Below, piece by piece: positions 25,400 through 36,860 of a stretch of DNA of 64,000 nucleotides (the stretch's first letter is position 1; each line of letters opens with the position of its first letter). A model generated the notes under the pieces. That model searched no databases. It was not told the DNA's origin and saw only the letters and a program-made list of their open reading frames with translations. Both the position numbers and the translations under genes were made by a program. The DNA lies in contig NC_045724.1 in NCBI RefSeq assembly GCF_009834535.1, forward strand, positions 7,254,001 to 7,318,000, in the 5' to 3' direction. Source of the DNA: Camelus ferus. Taxonomy: Eukaryota.

Positions 25400-25912
25400 T
25401 TGTCTTATCCTAAACCCCGAAGGAAGATTGAGTCAGAAACAGGGTTCAAGAGGCTAGTAATCACAAATGTCTCAGAATACCCTGTGCAAGGGAACTATGA
25501 GTAACAGAAGGGGATCTCCTGTTCTGTAAATGGAGTTTTTAAGAATTCCCCCACCCCTTCCAGTCTCCTACTGGCAGGCAGGGATCTGTTCTCCCCTCCA
25601 GCCCCTATATTTACTGTTGGGGTTCTACCATATTTAAGGGGATTCCCCCTTATGCTTACCAGGGGAACCCCTCAAGTGTGGGGCATCCCCAACCAATCTG
25701 TCCCCTAATTTCACTTTAGGCTCTGCAAAACTGCTGCAGGTTACCTTGATGCCGCTTCCACTGTAACTCTGTGATGAGGCCAAGCTCCTATATACCTGGT
25801 TCAGCTGATCTCTGATGGTCAAACTTGACAGTCCTTTATTGCCATGGTAGAGGCACTTAGCCTCTTCAGGTTCTAGGGTCAATGGCCTGTGATTCTGTCT
25901 GGGCATTGACAT
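25400..25912. mobile_element. Possible old ERVL-class LTR relic
   Basis: Higher-GC non-coding block with gagtcagaaacagggttcaag (LTR16/33-like) and a TG-type edge. Family not assignable by eye. Confidence 0.3.
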
Positions 25913-26179
25913 GTGTCATCCACCAGAATAAAGTACCTGAGAATAGAGACTGTGTATTATTCACTCTTATTCTCCCCTACCCCAGCCCCAACCCTAACCC
26001 CAGGCTTGGCACAAAGTAGGCAATCAGTAAATGTTTGTTGAATAATTATCTTCCCTCGAAATCTGTTTTGGTAGGCCACTTTTTCTCTTGTTTATTCTTG
26101 TTTCCCTTAGATAAGGAAAAAATACTCCTTAAAGATTTTGAGCTATTGTTTCCATTGCATTTACATTAAAAGCAACAAG

Positions 26180-26702
26180 AATCATATATACACACGATGG
26201 AATATTATTCAGGCCTTAGAAAGAAGGAAATCCTGCCATTTGCAACAACATGGATGGACCTTGAGGACACTATGCTGCGTGAAACAAGCCAGACACAGAG
26301 GGAAAAATACTACCTACACGAGGAATCTAGTCAAGCTCTTAGAAGCAGAAAGTGGAATAGTGGTTGCCAGGGGCTGGAAGGAGAGGGAAACGAGAGGTAT
26401 TAATCAAAGGGTACCGTTTCGATTATACGAGATGGAAAGTCTTAGAGATCTACGTACAGCACAGTGCCTGTAGTTAACTGTCCTGTATTGTACACTTAAA
26501 ATTTTGTGAAGAGGATAGATCTTAAGTGTCCTTATCACAAAAAAAACAGTAAGTANNNNNNNNNNNNNNNNNNNNNNNNNNNNNNNNNNNNNNNNNNNNN
26601 NNNNNNNNNNNNNNNNNNNNNNNNNNNNNNNNNNNNNNNNNNNNNNNNNNNNNNNNNNNNNNNNNNNNNNNNNNNNNNNNNNNNNNNNNNNNNNNNNNNN
26701 NN
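26180..26702 (+). mobile_element. L1M-type LINE-1 3' portion (ORF2 C-terminus plus 3'UTR)
   Basis: ORF 26197-26403 MEYYSGLRKKEILPFATTWMDLEDTML is the characteristic ORF2p C-terminus; followed by gtggttgccagggg and ttgtacacttaaaattt. The last 147 nt are N. Confidence 0.85.
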
Positions 26703-27102
26703 AAGAGGTCTAAGCAAAAACAATGATAATCATGTAGTTGAATATGAACAATATTATCAGCACCTTATTCTATGTTGCTTACAGTGAATGATAAACAATT
26801 TATACAATTTCCTTGTGAGTTAAATCAAGGTAGGTACCATTATCCTCATTTAACAGATGAGGAAACCCAGGTATGTAAAGTTTAATTGACTTGCTTAAAG
26901 CTATTGGATGAGGCAAAATTTATGTTTTTAAGTTGAACAGGGGTATTACCCTCTAGTCTAAGACACCTTTAGCTACTAAAACACAAATGATACATTTAAC
27001 AATGTTGTATCTGCATAATTATAGGCTACACTAAATTTTAAATGTTTTTATTTTTCAAACTGTTCTCATAGAAGAAAAAAAAAAAAGGAAAAAGATCACT
27101 CA

Positions 27103-27245
27103 GGTCGGGAGGGTAAAGCTCGGTGGTAGAGTGCAGGCTTAGCATGCACAAGGAAGGTCCTGGGTTCAATCCCCAGTCCCTCCATCAAAAAAAAAATTTA
27201 ATAAATAAACCTAATTACCTTCCCTCCTAACCCCCCCAAAATAAA
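27103..27245 (+). mobile_element. vic-1-type SINE
   Basis: tRNA-Ala-like head, acctaattacct tail motif, degenerate TSD aaaa(g)atcac. Confidence 0.88.
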
Positions 27246-27249
27246 AATC

Positions 27250-27810
27250 ACCCATTTTTACCAGTGCCCAGAGCTAACCACTATTGTATAAATACAGTCT
27301 TCCTTTTTGTACCTAGCCAAAAATTTGTTTTGGTATTTGTGAATTGGACTTAGCATATTTGGGCTTTAAGTTTTTAATATGTTTCAATATGATTAAATAT
27401 TTTTTGTATTTTAAAGACTATGGATATACCATAATTGATTTAAGCAGTCTTCCATTGTTGAACATTGTGTTGTTTACAGTTTTGGGGTTTTTTGCCATTA
27501 TAAACAACTCTAGTGAATACCTTTGAAACTAAAACTTTGTATCTATTATTTCTTTAGGATAAATTCTAAAAAGGGAACTTCTAGTGGGGGAGGGTATAGC
27601 TCAGTGGTAGAATGCATGCCTAGCATGCACAAGGTCTCTGTGTTCAATCCCCAGTACCTCCATTAAAGTAAACTTTTAAAAAACCTAATTACCTCCCCTG
27701 CCAAAAAGAATTTTAATAAATTAAAAAATAAAAGGGAAACTTTTGGCAAAGGGAATGAACATTTTAATAAAGTCTTATTAGTGTCACCTGATTGCCCTCT
27801 AGAAATGCTC
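27250..27810 (-). mobile_element. Old L1ME-like fragment interrupted by a SINE
   Basis: gctaaccactatt..., tttctttaggataaattct...aaagggaatgaacatttt...gattgccctctagaaa (antisense ORF2 3' region). Confidence 0.6.
27586..27729 (+). mobile_element. vic-1-type SINE
   Basis: gggggagggtatagctcagtggtag head, acctaattacctcccc motif, TSD aaaagggaa(a)ctt. Confidence 0.9.
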
Positions 27811-27859
27811 TCAAAAGTTTAAAAAATACCAAGAGGAAATGTTATTAGGGAGCTATTTT

Positions 27860-28740
27860 TATAATATTGGGGAGTGAAGGACCTAGTTCTAAGCAGAACA
27901 CAAAGGCCAGATACCTTAAAGGAAAAGATTGTTAGAAATGACTATATAGATTATAAAACTGTTTTTACAAAAGTATAATAAAGATTTTTTTCAGTTCCTT
28001 TTTTTTGGGGGGGGGGGTGTAATTAGGTTTATTCATTTATTTTTTAGAGGAGGTACTGGGGATTGAACCCAGGACCTCATGCATGCTAAACATGTACTCT
28101 ATTATTTGAGCTATACCCTTCCCCCAACAAAGATTTTTTAAAGTGAACTAGAAAAAAGAAATCTGGGGTATGTATGACAGACAAAGGCTTAATATCACTA
28201 ATATCCAAAGGCTCTTATAAATCAATAAGACAAACACTGATCTAGTGAAAGAAAAAATGTGCAAAGGACATGTATTAGAAAATCACATAAGAAATACGAG
28301 GGACTAATAAACTTATGAAAAGATGTGTAACACTTGGCCAGTAATCAGGGAAATGTGCATAAAAAAACACCAGGGGATAAATAAGTTTTTAAGTCATCAG
28401 AGATACAGGAAAATGAATATAATTGAGAATAGAAATAGAAATAACTTTTCTGGTAGGCTGTTTGGCTATACGTATCAAAATATGAAATATGTATATATCT
28501 TTTTACCCAGCAATTTCAGTTCTAGGAATTTATCCTAGACAAATGTTAAGGTGTGTCTGCAGGATGTTCATTGACTTACTGTTTATAAGACTAAAACACT
28601 TGAGTTCCCATCAGTGTGGGGTTATTTACGTACATGATAGCATATACCTATAAGGAATTATTGAACAGCCATTAAAAATTTGATATGGTATATAAGTCCA
28701 GGGCTTATTATTGAATGAAAAAAAAGCAATACATATATTA
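27860..28740 (+). mobile_element. Old L1ME-like ORF2 3' fragment interrupted by a SINE
   Basis: gacaaaggcttaatatc...aaatgtgcaaaggacatg...gtaatcagggaaatg...acccagcaatttcagttctaggaatttatcct. Confidence 0.7.
27992..28125 (-). mobile_element. vic-1-type SINE
   Basis: Reverse-complement consensus; TSD aa(t/c)aaagatttttt. Confidence 0.9.
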
Positions 28741-28958
28741 ACATATGTAACAGGAATAATTAACTAATAGTTATTGAGCACCTACTTTGTTAAGCACTGG
28801 GCATACATTATGCTGCTGAACAAAACAGCCATCCTCCCGAGGGCATATACCTAAGTTCGTGTGTGACTACAATCATGGAAAGAAGTTTAAAAGGATGTTC
28901 ACCTGAATGGGGATAGTAATTATCTCAGTAGTTAAATTTCAGTTTCTAAAAAACTTTT

Positions 28959-29039
28959 TATTTTATTTACTGGGGATTAAACCCAGGACCTCATGCATGC
29001 CAAGCACATGCTCTACCACTGAGCTATGTCCCCCACCCT
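28959..29039 (-). mobile_element. vic-1-type SINE (short tail)
   Basis: tactggggattaaacccaggacctcatgcatgcc...ctgagctat; TSD taaaaa(a/c)ctttt. Confidence 0.85.
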
Positions 29040-29102
29040 GTAAAAACCTTTTTAATATACGTTCTGTACTATCTTATACTGTGATTATAATTTATATTGA
29101 GA

Positions 29103-29220
29103 GGGAGGGTATACTCAGTGGTAGACTGTGCACTTAGCATGCATGAGGTCCTGGGTTCAATCCCAAGTACTTCCATTTAACTAAATAAACCTAATCACCC
29201 CCCCATAAATAAATAAATAA
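29103..29220 (+). mobile_element. vic-1-type SINE
   Basis: Head plus acctaatcacccccc tail; TSD aattt(t)atattga. Confidence 0.88.
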
Positions 29221-29479
29221 AATTTTATATTGAGTATATAATCCAAAATTAAAACTATTTTCAGTTTGGGGGAAAAAGTTAACTTTTATACTCAATGACA
29301 TGTTTTTTCCCCAGGATTTCTGGAGAGTACTGTTTGTTCTTTTTTTCTCCATTTATCATGAACCAGTTTTGCCTGGCTCCCCCAAAAAATAAACAAAAAA
29401 GATTTAAAAGATAAAAACTAGTGATTATTTTCTTAGAAAATTCTAAGTCCTTCTAAAACATGATTTCTTTTTCCAAGCT

Positions 29480-30165
29480 TTGTGTTTACATGCATACATG
29501 CAGGGAAGCCTCTATCTCCCTAAACCAAGCATTCTGGCCCTGCCCTCCAGTCCATTCCTACCGTGAAGCCAGTAATCCTTTTAAAATGTCAATCTGATCT
29601 CATCACCCCACCCACATTAAAACCCTACAAAGGTTTTAATTATTTTCTATTGGTCTCCTTATCAAAACACTTTAAATGCCTGGAGAGCTCAGCAAGCTCT
29701 GGCTGCCTTCCACCTCTCCAGCCTCACCTCCTCTAAGCCTCCTTTCCTCCAGAAGCTCGCCTCCTTCCCTCCTTCATGTTCGCTTTGATCTCTGTCTGGC
29801 CTTTGCACTGTTCCCAGTCTCTAACTTCTCCTAATTAATCCACATTCATTCTTACGTCACTTCCTCAAGGCAGCTTTCCCTGACCACCCACACTCCCCAA
29901 CATTCAAATAGCCTGTTGCAGAATCTTCCAGCATTTTTTTTCTCTTTCCTAGCACTTGTCGCAATTGCAGTTTTTAAACATGTTGTCAAAATTGCAGTTT
30001 TTTCAATGTGTATAATTATCTGATTATGGCATGCTCCTCCAATAAATGGATAGCTCCGTGAGGGTAGGGACCATTTCTGGTTTTGCTCAATATTATATTT
30101 CCAGCATCTAGAAATAATGACTATGACATAGCAGACAATCAGTAAGGATTTTTTGAATGAATCAG
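29480..30165 (+). mobile_element. L2 3' relic
   Basis: ttttaaaatgtcaatctgatctcatcacc...ctggcctttgcactgttccc...gtcacttcctcaaggcagctttccctgacc...cagtaaggatttttgaatgaat. Confidence 0.7.
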
Positions 30166-31245
30166 TATATGAATGTGCAGAATGGTAAGCACTAGGTACG
30201 CACAGCCTTGAACTTTCAACAGAAGCCTAAAACACAGGCTTTTTACTGAATAAACTAGTAGAACAGAAATATATCATGGTAGGTTTTAAGTGTTGATAAC
30301 ATTTGCATGTTATACAACGTAAGGCATTTCCAAGAAGTATATAGTTATAGGATGGTTGTTTTGAAATTTCTTTAAAAATTAAAGCTAGTGAATGAGAATT
30401 CCAATTTAAACTACTAGATTATTAGAAATAGACACAAATAGAACTACTTTATCTGTGAAGTTACGCTTCTAGATTCTAAATTTAATGACAGCTAACCCTT
30501 TTGTGATTGCAGTCTCTTATATTCTAGTTAATCACAGATAGGAGTTAGTTCACTGTATTCTCAGAGAGATGAAGTAAGTAAAATGCCTCCCTTGTACATG
30601 TGAATTGTACAAAAAAGATTCTTTTTAAAATAAAAAATTTTTAGTTTAAGCTGCATAGAATGAGTACAATGGAGTGGTGGAGGGGTTGATATTTATTTTT
30701 ACTGAAAACTGAACTATTAAAATCACGTTTAGATTACTGATTTTTTTTGTAGGAGATTCATCCCAAATATTTAGTTTACAGACACTGTTTGGTTCACAGA
30801 TTATATTCCTGGTAGGTTGATTAACTAGGCTCTTGTTAGTAGCCATAGATTTCATGCTAATTCACCTCTTTCATAAATTTACAAAAGCAAACCAATCACC
30901 TTCAGAAGGACCAGGTAAGAAAACTTGGCAGAAATATGCCAAGGTCATAAAGGTGCAGTGCCATGGAGAAATATCCTAAAGCAGGACTTTACACTATTTC
31001 ATGCAGTAATTTCATAGGAGGCTTAAATTCCAAATAAGGAGTAAATTATCCCAGAATTTGGAGGTAGTGTCAAGGTGAGAAAATATGACACTTTGAAACT
31101 AAAGCCAAGAGAGTCAACATCAATCATGAGATCAGTCTTTACACACCATCCCAAAGCTGTGAGTAGGGTACCTCCCATGTGTTCCAGATTGAGGGGACAT
31201 CCTGGGATTGGAATGTAGCTGCTTCAGCCACAACACTAATCCTTT

Positions 31246-32550
31246 CAGTGCTCTTCAAACTGGGGTGTGCTCAGCCCTGGAGGTGTACACAGAATTTCCA
31301 AGGGATATGTGAACACATCGATGGTTTTTTAAGATAATTAGTTGTCAGGATTTCAACTTACACAGACATTCGTTTTCCAAAACTGAACTGCTGGAGAATG
31401 CTCTTCTTAAGCTGGTTTTCCTTTTCCACCTCCCTTTTCACAATCATCCTGCTTCCACTTCACCAAAAGAGGCAGCCCATCCCTGATCTTCCTGAGTTAC
31501 ATTGCCCCAGGATGGGAAAGGAGCAGCACCAGAGACAAATTGAGCAAGTAAATATCCCTAATTATTTGGTAGCTACACTTTTGGAGGTTTAATAGTTTCC
31601 AGCTTTTGCTTTCAACAAAACTGAAGGCCCTAATTGAAGTGTCAGTTGATCATTAAAAATAAATTTCAAAGATAGATCACTAAGGGTTTTTTGCACGCAT
31701 CTTGGAAGGAGTTTAAAGAATTATGTGATGTAATTAAAACAAAACCCCGTCTATTCCCATCATTCATAATTTTTTGTGAACAAATGTTCTTAGCATGTAT
31801 TCAAAAGAAGAAAAAAGAAATAAAATGTGTGACAGACACTTTCTCACTCTAGAAAACAAATTCTTGGCAGATTACTTGAAAAAACTCAGTTAATTAAGAA
31901 ATGTATTCCCAGTAAGTGTTTATGTCATGTTTAACGTCAATATGTTTATGTTCCTTTGACCAAATGTGCACTAGTAATTATAATGGTAACTCATTTCAGG
32001 ATATTTTATAACATTCTAGGGTCATAGAAATTGTTTAAATTAATTTAAATTGATAATAGATGTCTCAGTATAAATATTATACTATAAAACTCTGTGGGGA
32101 AGTGGAATGGAAATAAAGGAATAATGTAGATTTGCCAGATGTTTGTTCATGTATTCTTTTTATGACTTTCTTTTTTCCTTCATTAGTTTTATTTAATAGA
32201 AGTATAGTTGACTTACATTGTATAAGTTTCAGGTGTACCATATAGTGATTTACAATTTTTAAAGATCATGCTTCATTTATAGTTATTATAAAATATTGGC
32301 TATATTCCCTATGCTACATGTTCATATATTTTTAGATGAATGAAGGGTGTCAAATAAATATGGTATAAAAATTCCATTGATTAAGTTTTCTAAGAAGATA
32401 TAATTTTATTTTGTAGTGTCAGTATTTACAACATGCCAGAAATGACATGCATTACAACACTTTGAACTTTCAAGGGAAATAACTCAGATGCTACCTTATG
32501 AATGTGTAAAAGGGTACATAATTTTTCACAGTTATTTTGGGGAGGACTAA
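31246..32550 (+). mobile_element. hAT-Charlie DNA transposon relic with degraded transposase C-terminus
   Basis: Starts cagtgctcttcaaactggggtg (Charlie TIR-like). 31640-31830 encodes decayed ...DRSLRVF.HA.WKEFKELCDV...LFPS...CEQ.F, like the hATC dimerisation region. Right end is degenerate. Confidence 0.6.
32160..32317 (-). mobile_element. Short LINE-1 3' end nested in a hAT relic
   Basis: gaagtatagttgacttac...gtttcaggtgtaccatatagtgatt...atattggctatattccctatgct; degenerate TSD tgttcat(g/a)tatt. Confidence 0.82.
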
Positions 32551-33599
32551 TCTAGTTCAGTGTTTTCCAAATGCTATTTTTCACCAGTTAGTGGTGAAAT
32601 GAAAAATGAAAACAATCTAGAGAATTTTTCATAAAGTTAAATTTGTTCAGTTTAAGACTACTTATTATTCTGAAAGTGTATCTTTTCTGATGTTTTAGAC
32701 TCAAAATATATATTTTGAAATTAAGATGGTAATGGATGGTAGCTTTGTTTAGGTTCTTTTCTTTATTGCTTCCCAAAATACTTTTTAAAAATATTTTACT
32801 AACTCACAAAATTCAAAACCCTGAGAGAATCTCTGGTCTTAACAGAATGTAAAGGAGAGGGTCTCATTAAGTAGAATATTCTGGAATTATTGAGGAATGG
32901 ATACAGCCAGTTTACCACCTAGTTTAATGGACACAGCCAGCAAGCATTTAAGGGCAATAAAAATTTTTCTACTGTACGACAAACACTAGACTTTAATAAG
33001 ATTGTCCCAACTTCCAAGAAACTGACATTTCAGTGAGGGAGATTAATATGTAAATTAGCAATTATAACAGTTAAGTATTGATTGAGATATGTACAAATTG
33101 CTATGGAAACACGGAGAGTAGAATGACCATTGGCTGGTTTGAAAAATTGAACTGCTACGGAATACAGACCCTTGAGCAGGGTTTTAAGATTTAGATATGA
33201 ATGTTGCCAAAATAAAGCAAAATTTATCCTAAAAGTAAGGAAACTTTAAGTAGCTCAGCATGTGTGGACTATAAAAATGCTTGAAGCGAGATCTGAAAAG
33301 AAAGGAGGGAGAGAGATCAATGAAGAGTTTGGATTTTACCCTGAAAGCAATGGGGAGAATGAAAGATTTTTAAGCAAGGGAATGACTGAATCAGATACTT
33401 CTTAATAACATCGAATTGCTAATTACATGCTCATTCAACAATCTCATCTTTAACTGGGCCTCCTAAGTAGTCACCCACGAGAAAGAAATTCTCTTAGTAA
33501 GTGAGGTAGGTTATCCTGCCAGATAAACGTTCTGTTGAAAAATGATCAATTGGCAGTCTTCTAAATTTAATTGGTTTGAGGTAGTGGCCAAAATCTAAC

Positions 33600-34470
33600 A
33601 GATTTTGTTTTTCTTCTTTTTTTAATCTTTAATAGATTTTAAACATAGTGATCAAGCGCCGTTTGGGGATGCCCATACCTGAGCTGCAGATCTGAGGTAG
33701 TATTATTGAGATCAACTGAGAAGCTAAAAGGACTTCTAATGACTTTCTATATAGTACCCTGAAGACTGCATATCCATCAGCCTCCCATCTCTCAGTTATT
33801 CTGAGAATTCCACAGTCACAATGACAGTAATTTTGTAAAAGATGATATGATCCTTTAAAAATCCTTAACACAACTTCCAGAAATGAAGATGAAGCTCTTC
33901 CAACATTTGCGACCAACCAACAGAAAATGTGTCTCAAACTCTGAGTTATTACTCTTGAAACAAGAGCCATTAAGAATAGCTGTGCTGTGATGCCTCTGTT
34001 TTCAAAAGGACTGGACCAGACAGTGTGGGTGGACAGGGAAAAATTCCTAAGTACCTTTGGATTAACTGCTCAAAGTAGTTGCACTGCTTCCAGTAGCTCA
34101 GTGGTGTCATCTGCTTGGACAAAGACAATCAGCGTAAGTGAGGTATGTTGTTTTCCTGGTGGTGCAAGGTGAATCAAGTCCTTGACTGTGGCCTGATCCT
34201 TTTTTTGACTGCAGAGATGTATTTCCCCAGACCAGTCACAGTCAGTGTTGTACTGTGAAAGTTATTATGCCTCACTGGCCAGCAGAACAATTAAGCTCAT
34301 TGAACAAGTACAATTCAGGTACAGCCTACTTTTTCTGTTTAAGTAACCTGACCTAACAGCCGTGGGATTCTGCTGTTGACTCTTAAATATTTCAGGATTT
34401 TCAGGTTTGCTCAAGAGACATAAATGATCAATTCGTGATTCAGAGATTTCTTCTTTCTCATACACTCAGT
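33600..34470 (-). mobile_element. Ancient RTE-clade LINE relic (MamRTE-like)
   Basis: Minus-strand remnants appear in RTE ORF order: ...ADDT (34114-34103, RT core), then VGRASSSF, LRIFK, CGILRI..WE, SLEVLLASQLISI, and QLR-GH in another frame. Confidence 0.6.
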
Positions 34471-34539
34471 GTTTTTTTAGTTAATATGTTTACATCTACA
34501 AAGATAGCCACATACGATGGGCAACTGTCCCACATGTAG

Positions 34540-34730
34540 CTTTACTGTAGAGGACTTAAGTGTTCATATTGCGAGACTTGGGAAAATCACCTAATATCTC
34601 TAGATCCTGTTTTACTCATTTGTAAAATGGAGCTAAAAGTAGAATGGTAGTAACCTCATGAGTCTGTTGCAAAAATAATGAGATGATATGTGTAAAGCAC
34701 TTAGCTCAGTGTGGGGCAAATACAAACCAA
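34540..34730 (+). mobile_element. MIR
   Basis: gacttgggaaaatcacctaat...ctcatttgtaaaatggag...tgagatgatatgtgtaaagcacttag. Confidence 0.75.
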
Positions 34731-35892
34731 CACATTAATTCATTCCACTTTTCAAATACTTGCTACATGCCAGGGACTGTAATAAGTACTGGAGGCAAAG
34801 CACTGAGCCCAAATAGATCCATTTCTTGCTCTTATGAAGCTTACAATCTAATGGAGGAGGTTGGCAATCAACTCATCACAAAAACAAATGTAAAAAGAAG
34901 AGGGGGACAAGAAGAACATTGTGCCTTGGCGCTTATAGCAGAGAAATTTGACTCGACTTCCTAGGGTGATCAGAGAAGATTTTTCTGGGAAAGGGACTCT
35001 TGAGCTGCTATCCGCAGGATGATGAAGAGCTGACTCAGTGAAATGGGGAAGAAAGACGGCTTTCTAGCCTGTTCTGCAACCTGCAGAGAAGTGGGTTATT
35101 GCATGTTAGAAAGATGGAAAGTGAGTCTGCGTGGCTGGAGCAGCTGAGGGGGGAGTAGGATATGAGATAAGCGAGTGGGCTCCATTGTATAGCAGTTGTA
35201 AGTTTGTCTTTTATGATAAGAACAATGAGAAGCTCTTCCAGCTGTAACATGGGCGTACTAATCCTGCTTCATAGGAATATATGATGAACAGAAAGTGCCT
35301 AACCATATGCGGGTGACTGTACTAGGCTAAGAGAGAGTAAGGAAACGATACTAGGTCCCGCAGTGGAAGAGTAATAAGGAAATGCCTGAGAAGATGCTCC
35401 AGGGAGTATCAGACAAACAGCAGCCTGTATCCAGTGTGATAAGAATAGTCTGGTGCACACCACCTCTGAAGGTTGATCATGAGATTCTGTTAGGGATCTT
35501 CTTCACTCAGATGTCTTCTAAATGAGCAGCTATAGAATCTGAAGCCTGAAAGGCTCTTATTTATACTAACTACAGCATTAAAGTATTCAAAGGATGTTTT
35601 CATGAAAATTCATGAACATTTATTGAGGGTCATTTGTTCAATGTGATAAGATCAGAGAAAGATTCCTGGAACTGATGAGTAGAACTTGACCACAGGAAGA
35701 ATTGGGGAGGTGTGTTCTAGGAGGAGTGAAGTGTACAGAGACTTAAAAAAGCACAAATACATAAAAGCACAGGAGGATGAAGAGAGTGAAACTGTCTTGG
35801 AATTAATAGCATTTGGAGAGTGGCAGGAGATGATATTGGCTAGGTTAAGGGACCAGATGATGGAAATCAAGTAAGTTATGGAACCCATTAGA

Positions 35893-36028
35893 TTTTTTTT
35901 TAAATTTTGTTGGAGGGAAGGTAATTAGGTTTACTTATTTATCTAGTTTTAGAGGAGGTACTGGGGATTGAACACAGGACTTTACGTATGCTAAGCATGC
36001 GCTCTACCACTTGAACTATACCCTCCTC
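35893..36028 (-). mobile_element. vic-1-type SINE inserted in an L2 relic
   Basis: Reverse-complement consensus; TSD cccattaga. Confidence 0.9.
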
Positions 36029-36221
36029 CCCCATTAGAAGATCATAAGCAAAGAAATGACATATTAGACTTGCTTTTGCATAGAAATGTTCAGATCATCA
36101 GATAACCAGAGAATGAAATTGGAGATACAGAGGTATCAGTTATGATGCTGTTGCACTGGAACAAGTAAAAGATAAAAGCCTGATGTCCAGGGAGCATTTG
36201 GACAGTAGTCTGGACTGGAGA

Positions 36222-36244
36222 TATATATATATATATATATATAT
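36222..36244 (+). repeat. (AT)n microsatellite
   Basis: Direct reading. Confidence 0.9.
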
Positions 36245-36389
36245 TTGGTAATTACCAGCTTATAACGGGTAATTAAAATCAGAGTAAATGAAATAAACTA
36301 AGGAGAACATGTAAAGTGAGAAGAGAATTTAAAAAGAACCCAGTGAAACAGCATCACTTAAGGAACAGGTGCAAGAAGAGAATCCTGAG

Positions 36390-36860
36390 AAGGTCTCTCA
36401 TCCAATAATCCTCATTCTCAAAAGTTCTTTTTTATATCTAACTTAGATCTGTCATGCTGTAATCAAAGTCTATTTCTTCTGTCCACTCTCCGGTTGAGAT
36501 AGAAAGCAGCTCTTCATCATCTTGCATGTAACAACCCTTCCTTTGCTTGAATACTGTTATTAAGAAACCTGGTAGTCTTCTCTAACTTAGGCTAAATAAT
36601 TTCTAGCTCCTATTTATCTAACCCTTTAATCATCTCTGTGACTCTGTTGAATCCCTTCCACTTTCTCCACATCCCTCTTTAACTTGTGGAGTCCACGGCT
36701 GGACGTTGTACTTTCGAGATCCTCTTTGAGGATTGTGGAAGAACTTTCTTAAATTTCTGATATGGAAACTTTATGTATCCTGGTGTTATGCTTGGATCTG
36801 CTCCCTGTTAAATAGATAATTTCTAGTAAACCAGTTTATTTTGACTATTTATGTCTAACT
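36390..36860 (-). mobile_element. L3/CR1 LINE relic
   Basis: ctctcatccaataatcctc...atctaacttagatctgtcatgctgt...gtcttctctaacttaggctaaat...ctttaacttgtggagtccacggctggacgttgtact resembles CR1 3' region. Confidence 0.65.

Larger units (their letters stand above)
34730..36380 (-). mobile_element. L2 relics (several pieces, one SINE inserted)
   Basis: cttgctacatgccagggactgt...cttatgaagcttacaatcta...gatcagagaagatttttctggg...ggactggagata. Confidence 0.55.

Noticed and set aside
26138-26473. ORFs of 111 and 68 aa
   Set aside because: Derived from the L1 ORF2 C-terminus and 3'UTR; not a host gene.
27540-28560. Same L1 ORF2 segment present on opposite strands (possible twin-priming inversion)
   Set aside because: The two pieces overlap the same consensus region and are highly diverged, which fits two independent old insertions better.
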